This document shows positions 28,034 to 36,164 of a stretch of 64,000 nt of DNA, in pieces (the first letter of the stretch is position 1; each line of letters starts with the position of its first letter). The notes under the pieces were generated by a model that saw only the letters and a list, made by a program, of their open reading frames with translations, was not told where the DNA came from and did not search any database. Location: the sequence record PZ386974.1. One strand, 5' to 3'. Made by a program: the position numbers and the translations under genes. Source of the stretch: a phage.

Positions 28034-28342
28034 TCAATTAGAAAATAAATTTATCCAAGTTTTTTCTTTAATCAAAAATGGGTCGGAATTAAACGCCATT
28101 AAACTTTGAGTGATTAATCCCTTAAATGGCCCATCAATAAATTCCATTTTGAAATGTGGAATACTAGTCATTAACCGTGCATTAGGAGCAGTACAAAAAA
28201 CCTGCTGCCCTGCGAACGGACCTTTAGTCAAACGGTATCGTTTAGGTTTAAAATGGTAAATCTCGTAATTTTCTACAAGGGCCCTTTTATTGCATACTGG
28301 GCTGTTATAACAATGCTCAAAAACTTCAATAGTGGTCATCAT
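28034..28342 (-). CDS. Hypothetical protein
   Basis: Track ORF 28034..28405; ATG at 28342 overlaps the upstream stop (ATGA coupling). Confidence 0.45.
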   Translation of the reverse strand: MMTTIEVFEHCYNSPVCNKRALVENYEIYHFKPKRYRLTKGPFAGQQVFCTAPNARLMTSIPHFKMEFIDGPFKGLITQSLMAFNSDPFLIKEKTWINLFSN

Positions 28343-28878
28343 TGCATTCCAATCACAAAAAATTGAGGACGAGCAATACCACCGATGCAATATTTGCTTT
28401 TGCAACAGTGTTGGACTGTTTTAATATGGATGTCGTAAATCTTATCCATATCAGGAGCTTTAATAGGCTCGTCAATTATGTACAGAATACGAGAAAGCGT
28501 TAATCCACGGAATTTATGTCCTTCATTACCAATAAAACTACGGACAGAATCAGTAAATAAACGGAATCGAATATCATCGCTAGAATATCGAGAAAATTCT
28601 TTTTCAATGTTGCCGGCAGAAATTTTAGCGTAAGCTGAAGTATTAGAAAGAACAATAACTGTTCCGCCATCATACAACCAATTAGCAGCAAAATTAGTCA
28701 CAGCAATTGATTTACCGGATTGTCTGCCGCCGTCTAAACGAAGTGTACAGTACTGCTTGAGTACGTCTTCAAATGGTGGGGCATAACCGTTCTTACAAAT
28801 TTCTTCTACTCTAGCATCAGAATGGTGTGTAAAAGCATTCATCAGGGATAGATAAGGTCCGGTTAAAAATGTTCTCAT
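28339..28878 (-). CDS. Hypothetical P-loop protein
   Basis: 179 aa; GGRQSGKS Walker A-like and LYIIDEP Walker B-like motifs. Confidence 0.5.
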   Translation of the reverse strand: MRTFLTGPYLSLMNAFTHHSDARVEEICKNGYAPPFEDVLKQYCTLRLDGGRQSGKSIAVTNFAANWLYDGGTVIVLSNTSAYAKISAGNIEKEFSRYSSDDIRFRLFTDSVRSFIGNEGHKFRGLTLSRILYIIDEPIKAPDMDKIYDIHIKTVQHCCKSKYCIGGIARPQFFVIGMQ

Positions 28879-29051
28879 TTAGTTTCTCTTAAGGTTGGGG
28901 CCGTTCCGTGGCACATGTTAGGTCCTTCGACTCGCTATGTAAACCCATTACCGCACTTGGGCTCGACCTTATTACAGGTTGGAAAAGGTACATCACTCAG
29001 AGGACTCGACGTTCATGAGGAGAGGTTGCGTTTCCCTTTATTAGGCAAGAA
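28879..29051. other. GC-rich non-coding island with repeated (G)CTCGAC motifs
   Basis: About 170 nt with no convincing ORF, visibly more GC-rich than flanking DNA; motifs gggctcgacc, ggactcgacg, tcgactcgc. Confidence 0.4.
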
Positions 29052-29381
29052 TTATACTCTAGGCTTTTGAGCTTGTTTGGTATTGGATTCCCATGCAGCT
29101 TTGGTAATTTTGTTAGCGGCATAACCAAAGGCATTAGATAGAACACCTTTAGAGTTGAATACATCCAATCCAATAAGTACACCGGCTGTGTTAAATTTAG
29201 GAGCAAAGTACGCATTAGTTTTAGAAAGAGCTTTTTTCAATTCAGGGTCTTGAACCAAACCATCAAAAACGCCTTTACTATTTACTTTATATGTTACTTT
29301 GGGATTTTTACCTTCTTCGATAGCAGCTTTCTGTTCCGCAGATAATGTAACTTCAGTGATAAACTCTTGATACGTTTTCAT
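29052..29381 (-). CDS. Internal-protein-like protein with capsid targeting sequence (MKTYQEFITE)
   Basis: N-terminal decapeptide matches the T4 IP capsid-targeting consensus MKTYQEFIAE; 109 aa, basic. Confidence 0.6.
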   Translation of the reverse strand: MKTYQEFITEVTLSAEQKAAIEEGKNPKVTYKVNSKGVFDGLVQDPELKKALSKTNAYFAPKFNTAGVLIGLDVFNSKGVLSNAFGYAANKITKAAWESNTKQAQKPRV

Positions 29382-29406
29382 TTTGTTCCTATTGTTTTAA
29401 TTTATG

Positions 29407-29721
29407 TTATTCTTTAGGGAAGTTTTTAGAGTATGCATCATAAAGTTTATTACCGATGCGACGGAAGACTTTAGCTGCAAAACGGTTTTCAGGGTTTTTA
29501 ATCATGATTTGCATCATGTAAGTTCCTGCATCCGAAAGAGCTTCTTCATAGTACCCATTAATTTCTTTAAGGGTCCTACGTTTACCACCAGGACCATCAA
29601 CAGTAATTTTCCATTTACCTGTAGAAGTGCGGCTCGGTGGCTCAACTTGTTCAATCCAAATATAACCACCTTCAACGCGTTGGTTGGCGGATTCTGCAAT
29701 AAATTCTTTATACGTTTTCAT
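29407..29721 (-). CDS. Internal-protein-like protein with capsid targeting sequence (MKTYKEFIAE)
   Basis: N-terminal CTS; 104 aa. Confidence 0.6.
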   Translation of the reverse strand: MKTYKEFIAESANQRVEGGYIWIEQVEPPSRTSTGKWKITVDGPGGKRRTLKEINGYYEEALSDAGTYMMQIMIKNPENRFAAKVFRRIGNKLYDAYSKNFPKE

Positions 29722-29785
29722 TTTTTGTTTCCTTGTTTGTTTTGATAGAGTAATTATACCATATTAATACTTAAGCGTAAACAAT

Positions 29786-30046
29786 TTAAGCTTTACCGCC
29801 AGAAATAATTCCGAAGTTGTTAAAATCGTATCCAATATCGTCAACATCTACTTTAGGGCTTGCTACAACATAAGCAATTTCACTACGTTTTGCATAGGTG
29901 TTGATTTCTTTACCATCGCCACCTAAGAAAGAATACCCATTACGCTTTAATGAGCCAAAGTCTTCCGCATCACCAATGAAAGCTTTAACTTTAAATTTAG
30001 GACCTTTGGCATCTGCTTCAATGATAAATTCTTGATACATTTTCAT
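29786..30046 (-). CDS. Internal-protein-like protein with capsid targeting sequence (MKMYQEFIIE)
   Basis: N-terminal CTS variant; 86 aa. Confidence 0.55.
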   Translation of the reverse strand: MKMYQEFIIEADAKGPKFKVKAFIGDAEDFGSLKRNGYSFLGGDGKEINTYAKRSEIAYVVASPKVDVDDIGYDFNNFGIISGGKA

Positions 30047-30052
30047 TTTTCC

Positions 30053-30466
30053 TTAGTAAATTGATTTACCATAGTATTTGTACCAAGTCGGACGTTGAGC
30101 AATTTTTTCATCTAAGCGTGCTTGACTTATCGCAATGGACGCTTCGGACGGGACGTAATTATTACGAAATTCGGCAGGGATGTCGGAAATATCCTGGACA
30201 GTCGTGTCCTTGATTTTGAAACCACGTTTCAAGCATTCAGCGATTAGCTCGATTTGTCGTAAACGTAAAAATTCGAGTTTGTCGTAAAAGAATGTTACGT
30301 GACCTGTGCCTAAGATAAATGTTGGAGAGATTTTAAAATCCTTTACACGTTTACCGTTTTGAACATGTTTACGGACTGCACCAAATACGCGTGGTAATTC
30401 ACGATACTCAGCCATAAGATGTTGGTCGGCCAGTTCAGAAACAAGCGTTAAATTGATACGGGTCAT
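30053..30466 (-). CDS. denV: Endonuclease V (pyrimidine dimer DNA glycosylase) DenV
   Basis: Track ORF 30053..30478; ATG at 30466 gives 138 aa [34 protein letters not shown]..., near-identical to T4 DenV as recalled. Confidence 0.93.
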   Translation of the reverse strand: MTRINLTLVSELADQHLMAEYRELPRVFGAVRKHVQNGKRVKDFKISPTFILGTGHVTFFYDKLEFLRLRQIELIAECLKRGFKIKDTTVQDISDIPAEFRNNYVPSEASIAISQARLDEKIAQRPTWYKYYGKSIY

Positions 30467-30469
30467 AAT

Positions 30470-30525
30470 TTCCTCCAAGTAGTTGATGAATGTATAGTAT
30501 CAAAGTCCTTGGAGGAAGTAAACAC
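30470..30525 (-). promoter_or_regulatory. PeSL upstream of denV (TCCTCCAAG/CTTGGAGGA arms, GTTTAC -35)
   Basis: Plus strand cctccaagtagttgatgaatgtatagtatcaaagtccttggaggaagtaaac; coordinates approximate. Confidence 0.45.
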
Positions 30526-30806
30526 TATTTTTCTGAAGCGCCTGAAATATATTTTTCAAGACGTTGTTTCATTAGCGAGCCGTTCTTAGCGATTTCTTCT
30601 GGTTTATCGCACATACGCAACAGTGCTTCAAGCTTAACGATATCACTGGTGCGCTCAAATTTGCGAGTATCTATCTTACTAGCAAGTTCAGAAATACGTG
30701 CTAATAGACTTTCAGCTTCAACCAAAGCTGCACCTAGCTTAGTTGCAAATGTGTCGGTAGCTTCGTTAAGAATAGATTCTGATAAAAATTCACTATATGT
30801 TTTCAT
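30525..30806 (-). CDS. Internal-protein-like protein with capsid targeting sequence ([10 protein letters not shown])
   Basis: Track ORF 30525..30821; ATG at 30806; sits between e and denV, the T4 ipII/ipIII position. Confidence 0.6.
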   Translation of the reverse strand: MKTYSEFLSESILNEATDTFATKLGAALVEAESLLARISELASKIDTRKFERTSDIVKLEALLRMCDKPEEIAKNGSLMKQRLEKYISGASEK

Positions 30807-31291
30807 ATATACGCTTTCCAAGTTCCTGTTTTAAATGTTGAGATTACGCGTTTCGCGCGATTAGGTGTCTGACGATACCATTTAGATTGGGCTAGATTTA
30901 CTGCCGCTTCGTCCCAACGTTTCTGTTGAAGCATACGAAGAGAATTAGTAAAACCGGCGACGCCTGCTACACCCATTTGGAAGACCATATTGACCAACGC
31001 ACATCGACGAACCGCATCTAAAGAATCATACACCGGTTTAAGTTTAGCATTACCCAAGATTCCGCGAACGGCTTTATCAACGTCTTCATTAAATAGCTTT
31101 TCAGCCTCATCAAGGGTAATTGTACCGTTGCATTTACGACCGATCATTCTGTCAAGTTCAGCTTTAGCTACGGCTAAAGACGGGTTCTTTGTTACTAAAT
31201 GGCCTATGCCAATCGTCCAAAAGCCTTCAGTGTCTTTGTATAAAGTCAGTCTAAGACCTTCGTCATTACGAAGCATTTCAAATATATTCAT
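30803..31291 (-). CDS. e: Lysozyme (endolysin) e
   Basis: Track ORF 30803..31303; ATG at 31291 gives [32 protein letters not shown]..., matching T4 lysozyme as recalled (catalytic E11, D20, T26 context). Confidence 0.95.
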   Translation of the reverse strand: MNIFEMLRNDEGLRLTLYKDTEGFWTIGIGHLVTKNPSLAVAKAELDRMIGRKCNGTITLDEAEKLFNEDVDKAVRGILGNAKLKPVYDSLDAVRRCALVNMVFQMGVAGVAGFTNSLRMLQQKRWDEAAVNLAQSKWYRQTPNRAKRVISTFKTGTWKAYI

Positions 31292-31319
31292 AATACCTCC
31301 CACGTTTATAGGAGGTATT
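31292..31319 (-). promoter_or_regulatory. Hairpin sequestering the gene e Shine-Dalgarno, with a late-promoter-like TATAAAC in the loop
   Basis: AATACCTCC-tataaacgtg-GGAGGTATT directly before the ATG on the minus strand; same architecture as T4 gene e. Confidence 0.55.
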
Positions 31320-31325
31320 TATTAC

Positions 31326-31784
31326 TTATAGGAGTGTAGTGAGCACCTTATATAATGATTTGCCCATTACATATTCCCATTGAGAAGGTTTAATTAAAGC
31401 GAATGCATCAAATTCAGGAATCTGTCGTCCGTCTGGGAATGTATGATAGGAATTACAAACACTGTTTCTGAATTGCTCGTGCTCTACAGGGATGGTATAT
31501 AGGAACAGATGAATATTCTTATTGTCTGAGTAATGATGTTCACCTAGGTCTTTCAGGAAGGCAGGGTCATATTGTGTAAACCCAGTTTCTTCTTCGCATT
31601 CACGAATAGCGGCTTCAATAGGAGATTCACCAGGCTCGACACGTCCTTTAGGAATATCCCACCGATGAGCTAAAGAACCTTTAGGACGAGAACCAGTTAC
31701 ACGCCCCATGAATAATTCTTTATCTTCGGTAAGGAAAATAATACCGGCTGATAGTTCTTTCACTTTATTTTTCTTACTCATCAT
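31326..31784 (-). CDS. nudE: Nudix hydrolase NudE
   Basis: Nudix box GRVEPGESPIEAAIRECEEETGF; 152 aa; immediately upstream of e as in T4. Confidence 0.85.
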   Translation of the reverse strand: MMSKKNKVKELSAGIIFLTEDKELFMGRVTGSRPKGSLAHRWDIPKGRVEPGESPIEAAIRECEEETGFTQYDPAFLKDLGEHHYSDNKNIHLFLYTIPVEHEQFRNSVCNSYHTFPDGRQIPEFDAFALIKPSQWEYVMGKSLYKVLTTLL

Positions 31785-32025
31785 CTCGGTCCCATGATTT
31801 GGCCATTAATTCGGACATAAATTCTTCAATGCGCGTTTCTTTAGATGGACTTTCACTATTAGAGACCGCAAGTTTGTAATCTGCAATAGGACAGAACATA
31901 TCAAGGTCCATATTAAGGTCGTCTTTGATTTTTTCTTCTGACACATCTTTATCGTATGTGTACAGATAACTATCACATGATTCTGATTTAATGTAAATTG
32001 CTATACTCATCTCAAATTCCTGCAT
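31774..32025 (-). CDS. Hypothetical acidic protein
   Basis: 83 aa ORF. Confidence 0.45.
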   Translation of the reverse strand: MQEFEMSIAIYIKSESCDSYLYTYDKDVSEEKIKDDLNMDLDMFCPIADYKLAVSNSESPSKETRIEEFMSELMAKSWDRDDE

Positions 32026-32498
32026 TCGGTAATAAAACGTTCAACTTCGTTATTCTTGGCTTTTATCTTGTCTTTATGTTCTTGTAAACTACTTTTAATA
32101 AGATTAATAATGATGGCGGCGGTACCTCCACCAATTATACCGCCAATTATACTTACGATACTAGATGCTAATAAGATAGCAATAATATCAACAAAACCGA
32201 AAGAACTCACCTTAGTACTGAAAAACCATATAGACGGTACAAATATAATCCATCCTGTTATCCATTGACACTTATTGAAAAACTTTTCAAGCTCAGCTTG
32301 AGTTGTTCGTATTACTTCATCGATAGGTTGATATCCATTAATGTATCTGTTCACGATAATACCTGCTGGCTGGTCGATTTTAAATTCTTGGCAAATACGT
32401 TTAACTAAGTAGGATGGACATCCTGTCCAATCTACTGAATAGTATGAAATACCTTTATTGCCGTCGTCTATATTAGACCAATATGTTTTGTTAATCAT
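32007..32498 (-). CDS. Hypothetical membrane protein (Gly-zipper TM helices)
   Basis: 163 aa; hydrophobic segments including IIGGIIGGGTAAIIINLI. Confidence 0.5.
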   Translation of the reverse strand: MINKTYWSNIDDGNKGISYYSVDWTGCPSYLVKRICQEFKIDQPAGIIVNRYINGYQPIDEVIRTTQAELEKFFNKCQWITGWIIFVPSIWFFSTKVSSFGFVDIIAILLASSIVSIIGGIIGGGTAAIIINLIKSSLQEHKDKIKAKNNEVERFITECRNLR

Positions 32499-33184
32499 TA
32501 CCAGCCTTCCATAGGGAATTCCAGATAAACTTGAGCATTGACACGAATTTCATTGGTAATCTTTTTAACTCGGTCTGTATTACGAGATACACGTCCGAAC
32601 CAACGCCATCCATTACTAATTGCACGAGAACCAGTGTGCCATGTTTGCCAATCAAACTGAAGAAGAGTACGGTCTGGAGCTTCCCATTTCTCTAGTTCAC
32701 CTTTTTCAATTTTTTCGAGGACTTCTTTGTGCCACTGGCGATAGATAAGTTCGCCATCAGGAATCTGACTGAACTCTGCAGTTCCTGTTGCAAAATGAGT
32801 AGGACACACATCAGCGTTAACAAGACCAAGAATATGTTCAGACAAATAGCGAGGATTGTCATAATCAGGTTGTCCTGCAGTAATAAAATGTTGTCCTGTT
32901 GGAATATCCGGGCGTGGTACGTCATCATGGTGATAACCAGGAATAGCAGGATACCAACCAGGCATCAGCATATGGACTCGTGAATCAAATACTACATCCG
33001 AGTCTTTCCAATCGTCAGGAAGATTTTGGATAAAGCTACGAGTAATTGGACCGCCGTTATCAAAAGCAAAATTCAAATCGCAATTAAAGAACATAGGCTC
33101 GTTTTTAATCTGGTCATTTTTAATCGCATGAGCAAAACCACCTACTGCACGAGCTTGACTATTAAACACTTTAGAACTATTCAT
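32498..33184 (-). CDS. Hypothetical protein
   Basis: 228 aa ORF; His/Asp-rich central region; no fold assigned. Confidence 0.5.
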   Translation of the reverse strand: MNSSKVFNSQARAVGGFAHAIKNDQIKNEPMFFNCDLNFAFDNGGPITRSFIQNLPDDWKDSDVVFDSRVHMLMPGWYPAIPGYHHDDVPRPDIPTGQHFITAGQPDYDNPRYLSEHILGLVNADVCPTHFATGTAEFSQIPDGELIYRQWHKEVLEKIEKGELEKWEAPDRTLLQFDWQTWHTGSRAISNGWRWFGRVSRNTDRVKKITNEIRVNAQVYLEFPMEGW

Positions 33185-33185
33185 A

Positions 33186-33491
33186 TTATTTTCCTCGGCA
33201 TTCTTTAATGAAATTTTCTAGATTGGTAGATTCAATAGCTTTTTTACGAGCTTCGGCATGTTCTTCTTCAGACAATCTACATTTGTAATTGACCCAGACA
33301 TTATGGTCGAAACTAGTTGTGGCATATAATAACAATGCTCCAACGAATAGCAAAAACGGCGATAAGAATACAAAACCAGGAACACCATCCATATCGTACG
33401 CCTTTTGTAATACTGCAACAGAAAGAGCTGCGTAAAAAGGTGATGCAAATATTGTTAAAAGACCAATTCGGTTGGTTTCGCCTAATTTCAT
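33186..33491 (-). CDS. Hypothetical membrane protein
   Basis: 101 aa with two hydrophobic helices. Confidence 0.5.
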   Translation of the reverse strand: MKLGETNRIGLLTIFASPFYAALSVAVLQKAYDMDGVPGFVFLSPFLLFVGALLLYATTSFDHNVWVNYKCRLSEEEHAEARKKAIESTNLENFIKECRGK

Positions 33492-33504
33492 AATATTCTC
33501 CTCA

Positions 33505-33550
33505 TGTTTTAATAGGACTACTATAACATAATCCTATAATTGTGTAAACA
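33505..33550 (-). promoter_or_regulatory. PeSL (ATAGGACTA...TAATCCTAT arms, GTTTAC -35)
   Basis: Plus strand ttaataggactactataacataatcctataattgtgtaaac; coordinates approximate. Confidence 0.45.
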
Positions 33551-33561
33551 GTTTTGCGAAA

Positions 33562-34518
33562 TTATTTGAAAGGTTTTACCATATGGAAATTTTGTTTGAA
33601 ACGTTTGACGTAATCGTCATGTCCTAAACTTTGGTACATACTTACTACTTTGCTGTAGTTTTCCCAGGCATATTCACGGAACCAACCGGAGGTGATGCTT
33701 GTACAGACTTTTTCCAATGCCATCATAAAACTGGCTTCAGGGTTAATTTTAAAGTCATTAGGAATTTGAGAACGTTCTAATGCTAGTACACATGATTCTT
33801 CGTATACGCCGGCCAATTTGACCATTTCTGGTAATGATTCGAACTTCTCGCGTGAGGTCATGACTTCAGAACCATCTTTCATATAAAATGTATACGCTGG
33901 ACGGTCTGTTAGTGCAATGGCTTCATGAATAGTATCATGGTCATATGTATAGATGTCATCTTTAAAGAACGCACTTTTAGAAGTGTCAAGAACAGGGTGA
34001 GCATAGTTCAAGGTTTCTTTCTGGCGTTTCAGCATAATTTCAGTAAGTTCATCGTTCAGCGTAACACCTTTACCACGAAGATACTGAATATGGTTCATAG
34101 TCTTTAAAAAGAATGGGTTATTTTTCTTGAAACGATGAGACATCTTAATTGCAAGACATATCTCAGGAGTTGCCCAGTAAAACCCGTTCAAACGGTCTTT
34201 AGTCAAATTTTTCTTGGCGTATTTTAAAAGGTCATAAGAAGACGTGAAATCTTCAGGAGTGAGTTCACCGACTAATTCACGGACATTAGTGATTGCCGGA
34301 ACGATATATGCTTCAAAATGAGTTTCGCGTCCATTATGGAAGCATTTGAAAACTTGGACATCAGGGTTATCTTGGTGAACATATACACCCATCATTTGAT
34401 TTTTGAATGCATTCCAAGAACATTGGTCCGCAATAAAGTCCCAGTCACTATTTTTGATAGCGTTAGAATCAATAAGACCGTGATAGTGAAGTGCACGAGA
34501 ACCAATAACTAACATCAT
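33562..34518 (-). CDS. Hypothetical protein; possible divergent nucleotidyltransferase fold
   Basis: 318 aa; N-terminal VIGSRALHYHGL...SDWDF loosely resembles a GS...DxD NTase motif but with longer spacing. Confidence 0.45.
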   Translation of the reverse strand: MMLVIGSRALHYHGLIDSNAIKNSDWDFIADQCSWNAFKNQMMGVYVHQDNPDVQVFKCFHNGRETHFEAYIVPAITNVRELVGELTPEDFTSSYDLLKYAKKNLTKDRLNGFYWATPEICLAIKMSHRFKKNNPFFLKTMNHIQYLRGKGVTLNDELTEIMLKRQKETLNYAHPVLDTSKSAFFKDDIYTYDHDTIHEAIALTDRPAYTFYMKDGSEVMTSREKFESLPEMVKLAGVYEESCVLALERSQIPNDFKINPEASFMMALEKVCTSITSGWFREYAWENYSKVVSMYQSLGHDDYVKRFKQNFHMVKPFK

Positions 34519-34546
34519 AATATTTTCCTCGGATTAATTCATTAAC

Positions 34547-34798
34547 TTAAATTTCACGACATGCGATATTATATTCATCCCAGAGGTCATCGTGTGAAGC
34601 CTCTACCAATGGAACGATTGTACCGTTTATGTCTTCATTATAAGGGCAAATTGTACAGTGCGCATCTTCGAATCGGATGCCTTTGTGTTCAGATTTTTTA
34701 TAACGCATATCGAATATCTTTGCAAACTTTTCACGAGTAATGGTTTTACCAACCACTTTGGTTCCGATACTTTCGTAATAAATCATTGTGGACTCCAT
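34547..34798 (-). CDS. Hypothetical protein
   Basis: 83 aa ORF. Confidence 0.45.
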   Translation of the reverse strand: MESTMIYYESIGTKVVGKTITREKFAKIFDMRYKKSEHKGIRFEDAHCTICPYNEDINGTIVPLVEASHDDLWDEYNIACREI

Positions 34799-34799
34799 T

Positions 34800-34845
34800 T
34801 GTTTTGATAGGACTACTATAACATAGCCCTATCTTGTTGTAAACT
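34800..34845 (-). promoter_or_regulatory. PeSL (GATAGGACTA.../...TAGCCCTATC, GTTTAC -35)
   Basis: Plus strand gttttgataggactactataacatagccctatcttgttgtaaac; coordinates approximate. Confidence 0.45.
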
Positions 34846-34848
34846 GTT

Positions 34849-35046
34849 TTAGCAAGAATAACTAGATGATACCCAGCCTTGAACAGTGATACTATTGTGG
34901 GATAATGAGATAGCGTCCTGGAGATTCAGACCTGCGTTATCTTCAATCCACAATGTAACTTCTTCACGCTCTTCGGTTGCAATTTGGAACAGGTTTTCCA
35001 GAGCAGCTACTGCCGTACGTACAGCACAATCTAATTCACGAGACAT
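34849..35046 (-). CDS. Small protein, member A of a tandem paralogue triplet (C-terminal GWVSSSYSC)
   Basis: 65 aa; C-terminal motif shared with the next two ORFs. Confidence 0.5.
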   Translation of the reverse strand: MSRELDCAVRTAVAALENLFQIATEEREEVTLWIEDNAGLNLQDAISLSHNSITVQGWVSSSYSC

Positions 35047-35055
35047 ATTGTTTCC

Positions 35056-35328
35056 TTAGCAAGTGTGAGAAGATGCTACCCAACCACCGGTTTCGAGGCT
35101 CAGGTTGTAGTCGTATTGATAAACGTCAGCCCATTCAGCATAACCGTTTTTTGTACAACGTTCAAGATCGGCTTTAAGCTGTCCGGGTGAATGATAGGTT
35201 CCACCCATACCATAAGCTGGATACAAGTCGAATGTTGTGTTTTGTTTATCAGCAATTTCTTTGGCAGCCTCAATAGCTGCATAGATTTTTGCTACAGCTT
35301 CAGCCAGCTCGGTTTGTTCTTTAGACAT
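35056..35328 (-). CDS. Small protein, member B of the paralogue triplet (C-terminal GGWVASSHTC)
   Basis: 90 aa; shares IADxxxxxF...YGxGxTYxxxG and the C-terminal motif with member C. Confidence 0.5.
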   Translation of the reverse strand: MSKEQTELAEAVAKIYAAIEAAKEIADKQNTTFDLYPAYGMGGTYHSPGQLKADLERCTKNGYAEWADVYQYDYNLSLETGGWVASSHTC

Positions 35329-35337
35329 AATGATTCC

Positions 35338-35643
35338 TTAGCACAACGCAGAAGACGAAACCCAAGCACCTTCAGTAATAACGTAACCATTACCTTCACG
35401 CTTAACATCGCCACCATTATTTTCAATTTCGTTTTTCATCCACTGGGATACGATTTCACCCTTAGGATAATAAGTACGGCCGCTACCATAATCACCTACA
35501 GAAAACGATACTGCATATTGGTCTGCGATCTTTGTTGCTTCTTCTTCGATACGTTCAGCTTGATTCAGAAGTTTATAAATTGCATCTGAAGCGGATTTGG
35601 CATCATTAAACTCTGGTACTTTAATTTCAATAATCTTACTCAT
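35338..35643 (-). CDS. Small protein, member C of the paralogue triplet (C-terminal GAWVSSSALC)
   Basis: 101 aa. Confidence 0.5.
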   Translation of the reverse strand: MSKIIEIKVPEFNDAKSASDAIYKLLNQAERIEEEATKIADQYAVSFSVGDYGSGRTYYPKGEIVSQWMKNEIENNGGDVKREGNGYVITEGAWVSSSALC

Positions 35644-35741
35644 TTTCTACATTCCTTAATAAAGTTTTCGATTGTTTCATTTTCACGTCTAGCTAGGAGT
35701 TCATTATAACTAATCATTTGAGAAGCGTAAACAGTATAAAT

Positions 35742-36164
35742 TCAGTTCAGGCTTTTGCATCTTATCTCCTTAACGAATTCCATAGCTTCTTCGTATTCAT
35801 ACTTTTTAACAGCTTCATCATACTGAGCTTGGGCTTTTGCGCACTGAACTTTCCATTCTCTTAATCGGGCTCTGTGATGACGGCCTTGGTACCAATATCC
35901 CACCCAGTTAATAGGCATTAATAAAAATGGCACAATAAACGACCCGGCTATAATAAGTAAAAACACTGCATCAGACGATATAACTTCACTAGAATCTAAA
36001 ACAGCTCCTATAATCATAAAGATTAAAAATGCTAAAGCTAAAATAGGGCCAAATAGTACTTCATTTGGGATTAATTTACGCTTATATTCATACGCCCAGG
36101 GCTTACTTGGCATGTATAGGGTTGGCTTTGACATATTCTCTACATTCCATAATAAATTGCTCAA
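35742..36164 (-). CDS. Hypothetical membrane protein
   Basis: 140 aa; two TM helices then a charged C-terminal helix. Confidence 0.5.
   Translation of the reverse strand: MSNLLWNVENMSKPTLYMPSKPWAYEYKRKLIPNEVLFGPILALAFLIFMIIGAVLDSSEVISSDAVFLLIIAGSFIVPFLLMPINWVGYWYQGRHHRARLREWKVQCAKAQAQYDEAVKKYEYEEAMEFVKEIRCKSLN

Noticed and set aside
28997-29215. 72 aa minus-strand ORF spanning the GC-rich island into the IP-like gene
   Set aside because: Overlaps the CTS-bearing ORF 29052..29381 in another frame and begins at a non-ATG codon; the IP-like frame is the better-supported one.
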